Shown here: one piece after another, positions 32,330 to 42,462 of the stretch
Layout of the letters: each line of letters begins with the position of its first letter
How positions within the stretch are numbered: the stretch's first letter is position 1
From: an uncultured bacterium
GTDB lineage: Bacteria; Patescibacteriota; Saccharimonadia; UBA4664; SCTI01
Length of the DNA stretch: 64,000 bases
Reading direction: 5' to 3'
NCBI GenBank assembly: GCA_963721685.1
Contig: CAVRJJ010000001.1
Location: 132,870-196,869 of the forward strand
Notes under the pieces: model-generated
What the model saw: only the letters and a program-made list of their open reading frames with translations
Database searches by the model: none
What the model was told of the DNA's origin: nothing
Translations under genes and position numbers: made by a program

Positions 32330-32812
32330 ATGAAAATTCACGAACTTACTCTCACATCAGGCAAAGACAGTAAACGTATCGGACGGGGCATTGGTTCCGG
32401 CAAGGGAAAAACCGCCGGCCGCGGTACCAAGGGTCAAAATTCGCGCTCAGGTGGAGGCGTGCGTCCCGGTTTTGAGGGTGGTCAAAACCCTTTATCCAAG
32501 CGTTTGCCAAAAAAGCGAGGGTTTGTCTCACTCAGCCGCGTGAGTTACTTAACGGTTTCCTTAGCCGATCTTAATCGAGTCAGCGCCTCAACAATTACCA
32601 ATGCTGTGATGGCAGAAGAAAAATTTATTAAAAATGCGATCGCCCCGGTTAAAGTATTGGGCACCGGCGAACTAACGAAGAAAAAAACAGTTAACTTGCA
32701 GGCCGCGACAAAAGAGGCTGTTCAGGCTATTGTTAAGGCTGGCGGCACTTTTACCGAAGCTGTCCATTCCAAGCGTGCCAAGAAGCCATCCAAACGTAAC
32801 CGCACCACTTAA
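32330..32812 (+). CDS. rplO: 50S ribosomal protein L15
   Basis: 160 aa with a Gly-rich N-terminus. Confidence 0.92.
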   Translation: MKIHELTLTSGKDSKRIGRGIGSGKGKTAGRGTKGQNSRSGGGVRPGFEGGQNPLSKRLPKKRGFVSLSRVSYLTVSLADLNRVSASTITNAVMAEEKFIKNAIAPVKVLGTGELTKKKTVNLQAATKEAVQAIVKAGGTFTEAVHSKRAKKPSKRNRTT

Positions 32813-32833
32813 CGAAACGAGCAAATACGTCTC

Positions 32834-34147
32834 ATGAATTTGCAAACATTACGTAACGCCTGGGGATCCAAAGAGCTGCGAAACCGTATTTTGGTGGTGG
32901 CAGGCATTCTGCTCATTTTTAGGCTTCTGTCCTATGTTCCGGTTCCGGTTCCCGACAACCAGGCGCTTTCAGTTTTTTTAAAGCAGCTTTTCGGCTCAAG
33001 CCAGTTGCTTGGTTTTGCTAACCTTTTTTCAGGGGGCAGTTTAGCCAACTTCTCAATTATTATGATGGGTTTAGGTCCCTATATTAACGCCTCAATTATT
33101 GTACAGCTGCTTACTAAAGTTATCCCCCATCTGGAGTCGTTAAGTAAGGAAGGGGACCGGGGACGTAAAAAAATTAATCAGTATACCCGTTTACTCACCG
33201 TTCCTTTGGCAATCGTACAGGCAATCGGGATGGTTGTACTTATAAGGCAAACTTCAATTCAAGCCACCCAAACCGACCTTATCGGGAATGCCAGCCTGTT
33301 CCAGTGGTTCCTGATGGTGGTAACCATGACCGCGGGCACCATCTTCCTCATGTGGCTAGGCGAGCTTATAACCGAAAAAGGCATTGGTAACGGAATATCC
33401 TTAATTATTTTTGCGGGTATTATAGCGGCGCTTCCCGCCAGCGCTACCCAGCTTTTAAGCTTGGCCTCCAATGATACGGGAAGGATCCTCCAACTTATTT
33501 TCTTCTTGGTAGCTTTATTCGCGGTTATTTACTTCCTTGTTATGCTCAATGAAGGAAAACGCTCTATTCCGGTTTCATACGCGAGGAGGGCACGGGGGAA
33601 CCGTATTTATTCGGGAGTGGACACTTATTTGCCAATCAGGCTTATTACGGCGGGGGTTATTCCGATTATCTTTGCGTTGGCCTTTTTAGCCGTACCGGCT
33701 TTTGTGGGGCAACTGCTTGCCGGCGCTAAAACCGAGTGGGTCGCCAGTTTTGCCGGGTGGCTAACTACCTTCTTCGCCACTACGAGCATCGGGTATCCCA
33801 TCGCTTACTTTTTATTGGTGGTTGTGTTTACGTATTTTTATACCGGGATTATTTTCAACCCGAAAGATATTTCTGAAAATATGCAAAAACAAGGCGGGTT
33901 TATACCTGGTATTCGGCCGGGGAACGAAACCGCGGCTTACTTAACTAAAGTGGTAAACCGCCTGACGTTAATTGGAGCGGTCGCGTTAGGGCTGGTCGCT
34001 ATATTACCGTTTATTGTGGAGCGATTTACCAATACGCAGGCGTTAACACTTGGGGGTACCGGGCTGCTGATTGTGGTGGTGGTTGCGTTAGAAACCATGA
34101 AACAACTTGAGTCGCGGGCAATCCAAGTAAATTACGACAAATATTAG
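32834..34147 (+). CDS. secY: preprotein translocase subunit SecY
   Basis: 437 aa, 10 TM, in synteny position after rplO. Confidence 0.95.
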   Translation: MNLQTLRNAWGSKELRNRILVVAGILLIFRLLSYVPVPVPDNQALSVFLKQLFGSSQLLGFANLFSGGSLANFSIIMMGLGPYINASIIVQLLTKVIPHLESLSKEGDRGRKKINQYTRLLTVPLAIVQAIGMVVLIRQTSIQATQTDLIGNASLFQWFLMVVTMTAGTIFLMWLGELITEKGIGNGISLIIFAGIIAALPASATQLLSLASNDTGRILQLIFFLVALFAVIYFLVMLNEGKRSIPVSYARRARGNRIYSGVDTYLPIRLITAGVIPIIFALAFLAVPAFVGQLLAGAKTEWVASFAGWLTTFFATTSIGYPIAYFLLVVVFTYFYTGIIFNPKDISENMQKQGGFIPGIRPGNETAAYLTKVVNRLTLIGAVALGLVAILPFIVERFTNTQALTLGGTGLLIVVVVALETMKQLESRAIQVNYDKY

Positions 34148-34149
34148 CC

Positions 34150-34734
34150 TTGGCAAACCCAATCTACTTTATCACGAGTAACGTCGCTAAATTTGAGGCA
34201 ATTAAGCAAGTATTGCCGCAAGTTCAGCAAATTAAGCTTGATCTTCCGGAAATTCAAGAACTTGATCCTCATAAAGTAGTAGCCGCGAAGGTGCAGCAGG
34301 CTCTCATGCACCACGAAGGCCCCGTGCTGGTTGATGACACCTCCTTGGCAATCAAAAGTCTGGGCGGCCTCCCTGGGCCGTTTGTGAAGTGGTTTGAGCA
34401 AGCGGTTGGATTACACGGGGTATATGAGATGGCAAAATCCGGGGGAAGCACCAAAGCCATTGCCAGTTGCATTTTGGGATATGCCGAATCTGCCGATAAT
34501 ATTCAATATTTTGAAGGAGTTCAGGAGGGGCAACTGGTTGTGCCCAGGGGGAGTAATTCGTTTGGCTGGGATCCATTATTTTTACCTGACGGGCACAAAA
34601 AAACCTTTGCCGAAATGACCCCGGAAGAAAAAGATGCGATCAGCCACCGAAAAAAGCGGCGCAAAACTTGCTTGCCGCGCTTCAACGCTAACTCTGGAGA
34701 AAATAGCCTTTACAGATGGAAGCAATCTGTGTAG
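34150..34734 (+). CDS. non-canonical purine NTP pyrophosphatase (RdgB/HAM1 family, dITP/XTP pyrophosphatase)
   Basis: 194 aa with FITSN, K.E and GWDPLF...TFAEM motifs. Occupies the slot normally held by adk/map after secY. Confidence 0.8.
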   Translation: MANPIYFITSNVAKFEAIKQVLPQVQQIKLDLPEIQELDPHKVVAAKVQQALMHHEGPVLVDDTSLAIKSLGGLPGPFVKWFEQAVGLHGVYEMAKSGGSTKAIASCILGYAESADNIQYFEGVQEGQLVVPRGSNSFGWDPLFLPDGHKKTFAEMTPEEKDAISHRKKRRKTCLPRFNANSGENSLYRWKQSV

Positions 34735-34755
34735 AATATTCAATTGTAGTTCACT

Positions 34756-34980
34756 ATGTCAGATACAAAGGAAGTAATCGAATTGTCCGGAACCGTTCTG
34801 GAGACCCTGCCAAACGCAATGTTTAAGGTAGAGCTCGAGAACGGTCACGTTATTTTAGCCCATATTTCGGGAAAAATGCGCATGTATTACATTAAGATCC
34901 TTCCAGGAGACAGAGTGACGGTGCAGATGACACCCTACGACCTGAGTAAAGGCCGGATCACCTACCGGCATAAAGATTAG
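34756..34980 (+). CDS. infA: translation initiation factor IF-1
   Basis: 74 aa with an S1-like fold sequence ([13 protein letters not shown]). Confidence 0.92.
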   Translation: MSDTKEVIELSGTVLETLPNAMFKVELENGHVILAHISGKMRMYYIKILPGDRVTVQMTPYDLSKGRITYRHKD

Positions 34981-34991
34981 AGGAAGAAAAC

Positions 34992-35105
34992 GTGAAAGTA
35001 CGGCCTAGTGTCAAACCAATGTGTTCCAAATGTAAGATCGTCCGCCGCGGCGGCACGGTCTACAACCTTTGCGAAGTTCCTAAGCATAAGCAGCGACAGG
35101 GTTAA
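34992..35105 (+). CDS. rpmJ: 50S ribosomal protein L36
   Basis: 37-aa [40 protein letters not shown] with a GTG start and a zinc ribbon. Below the ORF-track length cut-off. Confidence 0.85.
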   Translation: MKVRPSVKPMCSKCKIVRRGGTVYNLCEVPKHKQRQG

Positions 35106-35111
35106 TCACTA

Positions 35112-35498
35112 ATGGCTCGTATTTCCGGTATCAACCTCCCCAACAATAAGCGCGTAGAGATTGGCCTTACCTATATATACGGTGTCGGTTTAACCCAGAG
35201 CCAGAAGATCCTAGCAAGCGTGAAGATCGACCCCAATACCCGGGTGAAGGACCTGACCGAGGCTGAAGAGGTCAAATTACGCGAGTATATTGATAAAAAC
35301 CTGACCGTCGAAGGCGACCTGCAGCGAACGGTTGCCCAGGCGATCAGCCGCTTAAAAGAAATTGGGTCGTACAAAGGCGCGCGGCATAAGAATAACCTGC
35401 CGGTACACGGGCAACGTACCAAGACGAACGGCCGAACCAAGCGGGGTAAGCGCGTAACAATGGGTAGCGGACGTAAAAAGTCGGCATCCAAGACCTAA
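35112..35498 (+). CDS. rpsM: 30S ribosomal protein S13
   Basis: 128 aa starting [10 protein letters not shown]... Confidence 0.95.
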   Translation: MARISGINLPNNKRVEIGLTYIYGVGLTQSQKILASVKIDPNTRVKDLTEAEEVKLREYIDKNLTVEGDLQRTVAQAISRLKEIGSYKGARHKNNLPVHGQRTKTNGRTKRGKRVTMGSGRKKSASKT

Positions 35499-35514
35499 GG
35501 ATAAATGAGGAATT

Positions 35515-35910
35515 ATGGCTAAAACAGCAACCAAACCAACCCGCCGCAAGAAGGCCAAGCGCAACGTCGCCGTTGGACAGGTGCATATCCATGCCACTTT
35601 CAATAACACCATTATTTCGATTAGCGATGAACAGGGTGGCGTTATTGCTTGGGCTAGCGCTGGCGGAGCCGGATTCAAGGGCTCGCGAAAGTCTACTCCC
35701 TACGCGGCTGGAGTAGCGGCCGAGCGAGCGGCAGCCGCCGCTAAGGACATGGGCTTGGTAAAAGCCCATGTGCTGGTTCGGGGAATCGGAAGCGGACGCG
35801 AATCGGCTGTTCGGGCCTTGGCCGCATCAAACATCCAGGTTACCAGCATAAAAGATGTAACCCCGGTAGCCCATAACGGCTGCCGACCTAAAAAGGCGAG
35901 GCGCGTCTAA
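35515..35910 (+). CDS. rpsK: 30S ribosomal protein S11
   Basis: 131 aa in synteny position. Confidence 0.95.
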   Translation: MAKTATKPTRRKKAKRNVAVGQVHIHATFNNTIISISDEQGGVIAWASAGGAGFKGSRKSTPYAAGVAAERAAAAAKDMGLVKAHVLVRGIGSGRESAVRALAASNIQVTSIKDVTPVAHNGCRPKKARRV

Positions 35911-36527
35911 TGGCACGTGATTTAACCCCCATTGTAAAGCGTTCGCGTCGTGAAAAAACCCCGCTCCATCCCAAGGCCGTCAAAGGGTTAACCCTTCGCA
36001 ATTATGGGCCAGGTCAGCACGGCCAATCGAGTATGCGGCAAAAATTGAGTCAGTACGCGATTCAGCTTCGCGAAAAGCAAAAGGTAAAACGCATGTATGG
36101 TTTACTTGAAAAGCAGTTTCGCCGTGTAGTCGCCGAAGCCGAGCGCCGATCGGGCGTTACCGGAGACACCTTGCTCGAATTGCTGGAAGGACGCCTTGAT
36201 AACGTGATTTACCGCTTGAACTGGGCACCGTCGCGCCAGTCAGCCCGTCAAATTGTTACCCACGGTCACATTTTGCTTAATGGCCGTCGGGTGGACATTC
36301 CCTCAATCCAGGTAAAACCAGGTGATGTGATTGGGGTGAGGCCAAAAAGTGCCGCGAACGCGTACTTTGAGGTGCTAAAGCAAGAACTAGGCAAGAACGA
36401 AGCGACGATTGGCTGGTTAAGCTCGGATGCTAAAAAGTTGACGGCTAAAGTAACCGGATCTCCAGTACGGACAGAGATTGCCGAAGAAATTAATGAACAA
36501 CTCATTATTGAGTTTTACTCACGCTAA
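35910..36527 (+). CDS. rpsD: 30S ribosomal protein S4
   Basis: 205 aa with a C-terminal S4 RNA-binding domain. Confidence 0.95.
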   Translation: MARDLTPIVKRSRREKTPLHPKAVKGLTLRNYGPGQHGQSSMRQKLSQYAIQLREKQKVKRMYGLLEKQFRRVVAEAERRSGVTGDTLLELLEGRLDNVIYRLNWAPSRQSARQIVTHGHILLNGRRVDIPSIQVKPGDVIGVRPKSAANAYFEVLKQELGKNEATIGWLSSDAKKLTAKVTGSPVRTEIAEEINEQLIIEFYSR

Positions 36528-36543
36528 CAAGGAAGGATTTAAG

Positions 36544-37488
36544 GTGTTATACGACATTCAACTGCCAGCAATTAAGGCTCTCAAGGAAGAAGGCAACAAG
36601 GCTACTTTTACGGTTGAGCCGCTCTATCCCGGCTACGGGATGACGCTGGGCAACAGCCTGCGTCGGGTTATTCTTTCCAGCTTAGGTGGATCTGCCGTAA
36701 CAGCGGTTAAGATTGACTCGGTTGCTCATGAGTTTTCAACAATTAAAGGTGTCAAAGAAGATGTGGTTGAAATTATCCTTAACCTGAAACGTCTACGTTT
36801 TAAGGTTTACAGCGATGAGCCTCAGTATCTCATCCTTACAAAAAAGGGTGCAGGAGCCGTTACCGGCGCTGATATTAAAACCAATGCCGATGTTGAGATT
36901 GTTAATCCCGAGCAGCATATCGCCACCATTGACGCCGCCAGCACTCAAATCGGTATGGAGATCAAAATCGAAAAGGGACGCGGCTATATTCCCGTGGAAG
37001 CCCGCGAGCACGAAAAGCTTGAAGTGGGCATGATTGCCGTGGATGCCATTTATTCACCAATCAAGCGAGTCCGCTATAACGTGGAAAACACTCGTGTTGG
37101 GCAAGTTACCGACCTAGACCGCTTAGTCCTTGAAGTTGAAACCGATGGTTCAATCTCGCCAAGTGAAGCGGTTACCCAAGCAGCCGAAATTCTGGTGCAG
37201 CATTTCGCGGTTGTTTCCGGACAGTCAGCCCCTGAAGCATCGCCAAGCGCTTCGCCCATTGATGATGTAACTGAATCAAACGCCTCTCGTATTATGATTG
37301 AAGAAGTCAACTTTTCTCCTCGTACTACCAATGCCTTAATGAACAATGACATCCGGACGATGAAAGAGTTGCTGCGCTTAAGTAACGCCGAGTTGCGTGA
37401 ACTTAAAGGATTTGGCGCTAAGGCCTACGAGGAAGTAAAAAGTAAGATTGCCGAACTTGGTTTAATTCGGGAAACCGAGGAAATCTAA
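36544..37488 (+). CDS. rpoA: DNA-directed RNA polymerase subunit alpha (GTG start preferred over overlapping ATG at 36478)
   Basis: Alpha NTD and CTD recognisable. RBS AAGGAAGGA lies 6 nt before the GTG at 36544. The longer ORF would overlap rpsD by 50 nt. Confidence 0.9.
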   Translation: MLYDIQLPAIKALKEEGNKATFTVEPLYPGYGMTLGNSLRRVILSSLGGSAVTAVKIDSVAHEFSTIKGVKEDVVEIILNLKRLRFKVYSDEPQYLILTKKGAGAVTGADIKTNADVEIVNPEQHIATIDAASTQIGMEIKIEKGRGYIPVEAREHEKLEVGMIAVDAIYSPIKRVRYNVENTRVGQVTDLDRLVLEVETDGSISPSEAVTQAAEILVQHFAVVSGQSAPEASPSASPIDDVTESNASRIMIEEVNFSPRTTNALMNNDIRTMKELLRLSNAELRELKGFGAKAYEEVKSKIAELGLIRETEEI

Positions 37489-37967
37489 TGCATCGCCATG
37501 GCTATCAGGGAAAGAAGTTGCAATTGGCTGCCGGGCCGCGCCGAGCGTTGATACGCGGCCAGGTTACTTCATTGGTGCTGCACGAGCAGATTACCACCAC
37601 TGAAGCTAAAGCTAAAGAAATAGCTCCCTATTTTGAACGGCTGGTTACCAAGGCCAAAAAGGGCGACTTGCATAACCGCAGGCAAATCAGCAGCTTTCTT
37701 TTAACCGATACGGCGGTAGAAAAGATGATTCGGGAGATTGCTCCGGCGTTCAAGGACCGCGAGGGTGGTTATACCCGGGTAGTAAAGTTGGGCAACCGGC
37801 AAGGTGATAATGCTAAAATGGCAGTTGTTATGCTCACTGAGGAGCCAAAGCGTGACGCTGAGGAGCCAAAACCAACAAAAGCCGCGACAGCAAAAAAGCC
37901 AGCCGCTAAAACCGCAAAACCAGTAGCTAAAAAAGTAACTGCAAAAAAGGAGGTGGCGAGCAAATGA
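37488..37967 (+). CDS. rplQ: 50S ribosomal protein L17 with Lys/Ala-rich C-terminal extension
   Basis: 159 aa. L17 core followed by the tail KAATAKKPAAKTAKPVAKKVTAKK. Confidence 0.9.
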   Translation: MHRHGYQGKKLQLAAGPRRALIRGQVTSLVLHEQITTTEAKAKEIAPYFERLVTKAKKGDLHNRRQISSFLLTDTAVEKMIREIAPAFKDREGGYTRVVKLGNRQGDNAKMAVVMLTEEPKRDAEEPKPTKAATAKKPAAKTAKPVAKKVTAKKEVASK

Positions 37968-38404
37968 TAAAAACCTATTCAGCCAAACCTTCTGAAGTTA
38001 CCCGGCAGTGGTATGTGGTTGATGCCAAAGGCATGAACTTGGGCAGGCTTGCCACTTTGATTGCCACCCATTTAATGGGTAAGCATAAACCGATGTACAC
38101 TACCCATATTGATTGCGGTGACAGTGTGGTTGTTATTAACGCGGCCGAAGTCGCCGTTACCGGCAATAAGCTGGTTGATAAAAAATATTATCGTCATTCC
38201 GGCTATCCGGGAGGAATCAAAGAAACTACGCTGGAGAGGATGCTGCAAGACCACCCAGAGCGGCCGATAGAACACGCTGTTTCCGGTATGCTGCCAAAAA
38301 ATAAACTGCACGCCGACCGTATGAAGCGGCTTAAAGTTTATGCCGGATCCGAGCACCCGCACGACCCTCAATCACCTAAACCGCTAGGAGTTAACCATGG
38401 CTGA
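37964..38404 (+). CDS. rplM: 50S ribosomal protein L13
   Basis: 146 aa starting MIKTYSAKPSEVTRQWYVVDA... Confidence 0.95.
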   Translation: MIKTYSAKPSEVTRQWYVVDAKGMNLGRLATLIATHLMGKHKPMYTTHIDCGDSVVVINAAEVAVTGNKLVDKKYYRHSGYPGGIKETTLERMLQDHPERPIEHAVSGMLPKNKLHADRMKRLKVYAGSEHPHDPQSPKPLGVNHG

Positions 38405-38804
38405 AACAAAACCCACCGGACATTATTATTACGGCCTAGGCCGGCGCAAGGAAGCAATTGCTACCGCCCGCCTTTATAAAGGTGCTGGCGAGTTGTTGGT
38501 GGGCGAGCAATTGGCCAAGGACTATTTTAATAACGACGCGTTGATCCAGCTGCTAGAACAACCGGTTGCTCTAGCGGGACAAGAGAAAAAACTGCGGATA
38601 ACCCTTCATGTTAGTGGCGGCGGTAAGCGCGGCCAAGCCGATGCGGCCCGTTTAGCTATTGCCCGTGCCCTTGACGGCATGACTGATGATCTCCATACGA
38701 CACTTAAAAAAGCTGGGTACCTTACGCGTGACCCTCGTGAAAAAGAGCGTAAAAAACCTGGACTTAAGCGGGCTCGCAAAGCTCCGCAGTTTTCCAAGCG
38801 CTAG
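38397..38804 (+). CDS. rpsI: 30S ribosomal protein S9
   Basis: 135 aa ending ...KRARKAPQFSKR. Confidence 0.95.
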   Translation: MAETKPTGHYYYGLGRRKEAIATARLYKGAGELLVGEQLAKDYFNNDALIQLLEQPVALAGQEKKLRITLHVSGGGKRGQADAARLAIARALDGMTDDLHTTLKKAGYLTRDPREKERKKPGLKRARKAPQFSKR

Positions 38805-38805
38805 C

Positions 38806-39483
38806 GTGCAAGTCCCCAACCTTACGGTTCTCTATGAGGACAAGGATGTCTTGGCAGTTGATAAGCCTGCTAAACTCGTGGTGCACAACGCTGAAACCGC
38901 CACCATCCAACCAACCGTCGCGGACTTCGCGCGGGAGCGAGGGGTTATTGATACCGACGATGAGCGACCCGGTATTGTCCATCGACTCGATAAAGATACT
39001 TCCGGTGTCATGCTTCTCGCCAAGCATCCTGAGGCCAAAGCGTTTTTACAGCACCAGTTTAAGCAGCGCGAAGTTCAAAAAACCTATATCGCGCTGGTTC
39101 GCGGCCGCCTAAGAGAAAAGCACGCCATTATTCGTCTCCCTATTGGGCGCCATCGTAAACAGCCGGTTAAGCGCGCAGTGGTGCCCGGTGGCCGCGAAGC
39201 GGTTACCGAATACCGGGTTCGGGAAGTATACCCTGGCGCGTCGTTAGTTGAAATTTCTCTGCACACCGGGCGAACCCATCAAATACGCGTTCACTTTAGC
39301 CATCTTGGTAATCCGGTAATTGGAGACACCTTTTATGGTGAAAAAGCGTTGCCCCAAGGATTAACCCGGCAATTTTTGCACGCGGAAAAAATCAGATTAA
39401 ATTTGCCTTCAGGTAAACCTGTAACCATTACCAGTCCATTGCCATCTGAGCTGGAATTATATCTTCAAAACCTTGCGAGTTAG
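38806..39483 (+). CDS. RluA-family pseudouridine synthase (short form; start uncertain, GTG 38806 proposed)
   Basis: Catalytic HRLDKDTSG motif. The longer ORF from 38686 would overlap rpsI in another frame. Confidence 0.7.
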   Translation: MQVPNLTVLYEDKDVLAVDKPAKLVVHNAETATIQPTVADFARERGVIDTDDERPGIVHRLDKDTSGVMLLAKHPEAKAFLQHQFKQREVQKTYIALVRGRLREKHAIIRLPIGRHRKQPVKRAVVPGGREAVTEYRVREVYPGASLVEISLHTGRTHQIRVHFSHLGNPVIGDTFYGEKALPQGLTRQFLHAEKIRLNLPSGKPVTITSPLPSELELYLQNLAS

Positions 39484-39496
39484 GTATACTAAAATC

Positions 39497-40369
39497 ATGA
39501 AATTATTACTTCATCCAGCGGCGGCTCCCAAAGTGAATGCCTTGGCTGCAAGCCCCGGCGGAAGCGTTTTGCTCTATGGTGTGAAGGGTGTAGGGAAGCG
39601 AACGATAGCCCAAGAAATTGCCCGCCAGCTTAACTGTCTTGGCTGTGAGCATAATGATTGCCGCGCGTGCCGCATGGTTTTAGGTGCCAATCATCCCGAC
39701 GTTATTACGATTAACCCGGACGCAAAAGGCAAGATTGGGATTGAGCAGGTTCACCAGCTGCTCCACGACCTGCAATATGAGCAATATGAGCCGGCCGGAA
39801 AGCGGGTAGTGATCATTGCTCAAGCCCATTGTCTCACTCTGCCTGCCCAAAACAGCTTGCTTAAGTGTCTGGAAGAGCCGCCCAATACCACCATAATTCT
39901 CACCAGTGAAAACCTTCAATCCCTGCTGCCAACTGTTATCTCCCGTTGCCGGTCAGTGCATGTTCCCCGGGTAAGCGATGATCGGCTAGCCGCATATTTG
40001 CATCCTATTTTTCCCGCCCAAGAAAAGACAATACAAACGGTTGTAGCCTTAAGCCAGGGAGCGGTGGGGATAGCGCTTAGCCTGTTAAATGATGCTAAAG
40101 CTCTTGAGCAGCATCAGCAGCTCAAGGAAGAGGTTGAAAACCTCTTTAAAAGCAGCGAGCTGTTTGACCGAATGCAACTGGCATCGAAAATGGCTGCCAA
40201 AGACAATCTAGACGCGTATGTGTCAATCATCACTGCAACCAGCCATAACCTGGCCCGCGAGGGGGGCGGTTTGCACGTTCCCGGGGCAGTAGAGCGGTTG
40301 AACCAACGTTTAAGCGCCAATGTTAGCCCCAGAACCGCCCTTGAGGCGTTGGCGGTAGAACTGTCATGA
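39497..40369 (+). CDS. holB: DNA polymerase III delta' subunit-like clamp-loader protein
   Basis: Degenerate Walker A GVKGVGKRT, CxxC zinc module, LKCLEEPP and SRC motifs. Confidence 0.75.
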   Translation: MKLLLHPAAAPKVNALAASPGGSVLLYGVKGVGKRTIAQEIARQLNCLGCEHNDCRACRMVLGANHPDVITINPDAKGKIGIEQVHQLLHDLQYEQYEPAGKRVVIIAQAHCLTLPAQNSLLKCLEEPPNTTIILTSENLQSLLPTVISRCRSVHVPRVSDDRLAAYLHPIFPAQEKTIQTVVALSQGAVGIALSLLNDAKALEQHQQLKEEVENLFKSSELFDRMQLASKMAAKDNLDAYVSIITATSHNLAREGGGLHVPGAVERLNQRLSANVSPRTALEALAVELS

Positions 40370-41058
40370 TGTCGCTTCTGATAGTTGGATTAGCTGGTTT
40401 TATTTTGTTTCGGCTCCTGGGAGGCACGCCTTTACGGCGCCGACGGGTAAAACCAGGTGGCGATACGGCGGCAAAAATTGTGGAACTAATCGAGTATGCC
40501 AGTAAGCTGAGGGCAGTGAGCAATTACCCAGCGGCGGAAAAAGTATACCTCGAAATTCTCAAGCTCGACCACCGGCACGCTGAAACCTATAGCCGACTTG
40601 GCACACTTTACTCTGCCATGAACAACCAAACCGACGCGATCGAGTGCTTTCAAATAGCTACCCAGCTTAATCCTACAGGCGCAACGTATCATAACTTGGG
40701 CTTGGCTTATTATGAGAATCGTAACTCTATGAAAGCCATCGCCGCTCTAGAGAAATCAGTCATGTTTGAACCAACGGTCCAGCGTCATCTGGCGCTCGCT
40801 AAAGCACTCAATAAAATGGGCAAGGGTGACCAAATGATTGCAGCCCTGGAGCAGGCAGCGAACCTTGACCCAACCACCAAAGTATTGTGGTTGTTAGCTG
40901 ACGCCTATGCCGCCGCTGGCCGCCAGGATGACCAAGCCCATGTATATGAGAGAATTAGGAAGGTTGACCCGCGTGATAAGCGGATGAAAGCTATTGAAAA
41001 AATAACCGCCGCCGGTGCTTCCCAAAGCCGTCGCCCAGTTGAAAAGGCTAAGCGCTGA
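40366..41058 (+). CDS. TPR-repeat protein with N-terminal TM anchor
   Basis: 230 aa with multiple 34-residue TPR-like repeats (YSRLGTLYSAMNNQTDAIECFQIATQLNP...). Confidence 0.6.
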   Translation: MMSLLIVGLAGFILFRLLGGTPLRRRRVKPGGDTAAKIVELIEYASKLRAVSNYPAAEKVYLEILKLDHRHAETYSRLGTLYSAMNNQTDAIECFQIATQLNPTGATYHNLGLAYYENRNSMKAIAALEKSVMFEPTVQRHLALAKALNKMGKGDQMIAALEQAANLDPTTKVLWLLADAYAAAGRQDDQAHVYERIRKVDPRDKRMKAIEKITAAGASQSRRPVEKAKR

Positions 41059-41100
41059 TGTTATGCTATTCAGGTTAAACGCCCAAGACAAAAGGTTTAC

Positions 41101-41175
<75 letters not shown>

Positions 41176-41178
41176 TAT

Positions 41179-41264
41179 GCCGGGTTACCCAAGTGGCCAA
41201 CGGGGGCTGACTGTAAATCAGCTGGTGTACGCCTTCGGGAGTTCGAATCTCTCACCCGGCACCA
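41179..41264 (+). tRNA. tRNA-Tyr (anticodon GTA), long variable arm
   Basis: Acceptor gccgggt/acccggc, anticodon loop CT-GTA-AA, long extra arm, CCA end. Confidence 0.85.
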
Positions 41265-41288
41265 ATAACGTTCCGACGCTTGCCGCGT

Positions 41289-41363
41289 GCCGACGTAGCT
41301 CAATGGTAGAGCAACAGTTTTGTAAACTGTAGGTTGCGGGTTCAATTCCTGTCGTCGGCTCCA
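41289..41363 (+). tRNA. tRNA-Thr (anticodon TGT)
   Basis: Acceptor gccgacg/cgtcggc, anticodon stem acagt/actgt with loop TT-TGT-AA, CCA end. Confidence 0.75.
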
Positions 41364-41402
41364 TATATCAGATACAATGAAAGGTAACCCCAAGGAAGAC
41401 CA

Positions 41403-41564
41403 ATGCCAAAACGTAACCGACCCTATTTTGCGCTTGAATGCACCGAGTGCCACAACCGCAACTACACAACCAGTAAAAACCCCAAAAATACTACCGACCG
41501 CTTAGAGCTGAAGAAATTTTGCCGTCATGACGGCAAGGTAACGGTTCATCGTGAAAGCAAGTAA
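41403..41564 (+). CDS. rpmG: 50S ribosomal protein L33
   Basis: 53 aa [26 protein letters not shown]...[15 protein letters not shown], a zinc-ribbon L33. Below the ORF-track cut-off. Confidence 0.85.
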   Translation: MPKRNRPYFALECTECHNRNYTTSKNPKNTTDRLELKKFCRHDGKVTVHRESK

Positions 41565-41763
41565 CGCGCCAAAGCGGCTTACCAAAAGTCGCGACCGTAT
41601 GCTTTTTGGGGTGTGCGGCGGCGTGGCCGACTATTTTAATGTGGATCCAACCATGGTTCGACTGGGTTTTGTGGCTATTTCGGTCCTTTCGGCCGCATTT
41701 CCTGGAATACTGGTGTACATCATTGGCGCCATTATCATGCCCGAGCCCAGCGAACAGCCCTAA
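41551..41763 (+). CDS. PspC-domain small membrane protein (start uncertain; GTG 41551 overlaps rpmG end)
   Basis: [33 protein letters not shown] matches the PspC N-terminal domain consensus, followed by one TM helix. Confidence 0.65.
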   Translation: MKASNAPKRLTKSRDRMLFGVCGGVADYFNVDPTMVRLGFVAISVLSAAFPGILVYIIGAIIMPEPSEQP

Positions 41764-41792
41764 TCTAGTCTATAATAGCTCGGGTAACGCAT

Positions 41793-41868
41793 AGGGGTGT
41801 AGCTCAGCTGGTAGAGCAACGGTCTCCAAAACCGTGTGTCGTGGGTTCGAGTCCTGCCACCCCTGCCA
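41793..41868 (+). tRNA. tRNA-Trp (anticodon CCA)
   Basis: Acceptor aggggtg/cacccct, anticodon stem acggt/accgt with loop CT-CCA-AA, T-arm GGTTCGAGTCC, CCA end. Confidence 0.85.
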
Positions 41869-41969
41869 TTGCACTTATGCTTTTATTTTTACAATTTATG
41901 TGGTAAAAACAGTGAGACCAATAGGGTAGGTTAGCCCTTCAAACAAGCTGGTGATCCAAGGAGGTCACA

Positions 41970-42458
41970 ATGAGAGCGGAGCAAGCACTGCCAACAGTCA
42001 ACCTTGGGGTACTGCGTGCAGCTGAGCGCAGAGTCACCGAGACCAAGGACGCACTTGCCGAGGCCAAGCAGGCCGACAGCATTGCCGGCCAAGCTCTTGC
42101 AAATGAGCTGCACAAGTTCAACCAGAAGTGGGTCTTCCTTCGGCTGGATGACCTCCCGGGCGTCTACCTGCAAGAAGGTGGCTCATGGAGCGCCGTGACG
42201 CTTCGGGTCTGCATGGGCTTCGTGTCGAGAGTCGGTTCACACGAGAACTCACGTCCCGTTCGCACCTACGTCGAGGTGGAGAGCGACATCAACGAGACCG
42301 GGGAGAAAGCGGTCTTCCGCATCGACGTTGACACGATCCAGGGAGGCTTCATCTGCCCGGAGTACGGGTATCAGATGCTTCTGAAAGCCCTTCTCGAGGG
42401 CAAAGTGTTCGACGAGGACACGGTTGCCGAACTGGGCTTCATGGTCTTCCAGAACTAA
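41970..42458 (+). CDS. hypothetical protein (162 aa), foreign codon usage, helical N-terminus, no recognisable domain
   Basis: SD AAGGAGG lies 7 nt upstream of the ATG. High GC3 in a single frame. Confidence 0.55.
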   Translation: MRAEQALPTVNLGVLRAAERRVTETKDALAEAKQADSIAGQALANELHKFNQKWVFLRLDDLPGVYLQEGGSWSAVTLRVCMGFVSRVGSHENSRPVRTYVEVESDINETGEKAVFRIDVDTIQGGFICPEYGYQMLLKALLEGKVFDEDTVAELGFMVFQN

Positions 42459-42462
42459 GACC

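Noticed and set aside
38686-38805. Long N-terminal extension of the RluA-like ORF overlapping rpsI
   Set aside because: The extension overlaps the 3' third of rpsI in another frame and has no S4-domain features. The start is more likely at or after GTG 38806, but it remains uncertain.
42424-42462. TTG-initiated 78-aa version of the small membrane protein overlapping the upstream 162-aa gene
   Set aside because: It is possible by translational coupling, but ATG 42463 right after the upstream stop is the simpler model. Neither is excluded.
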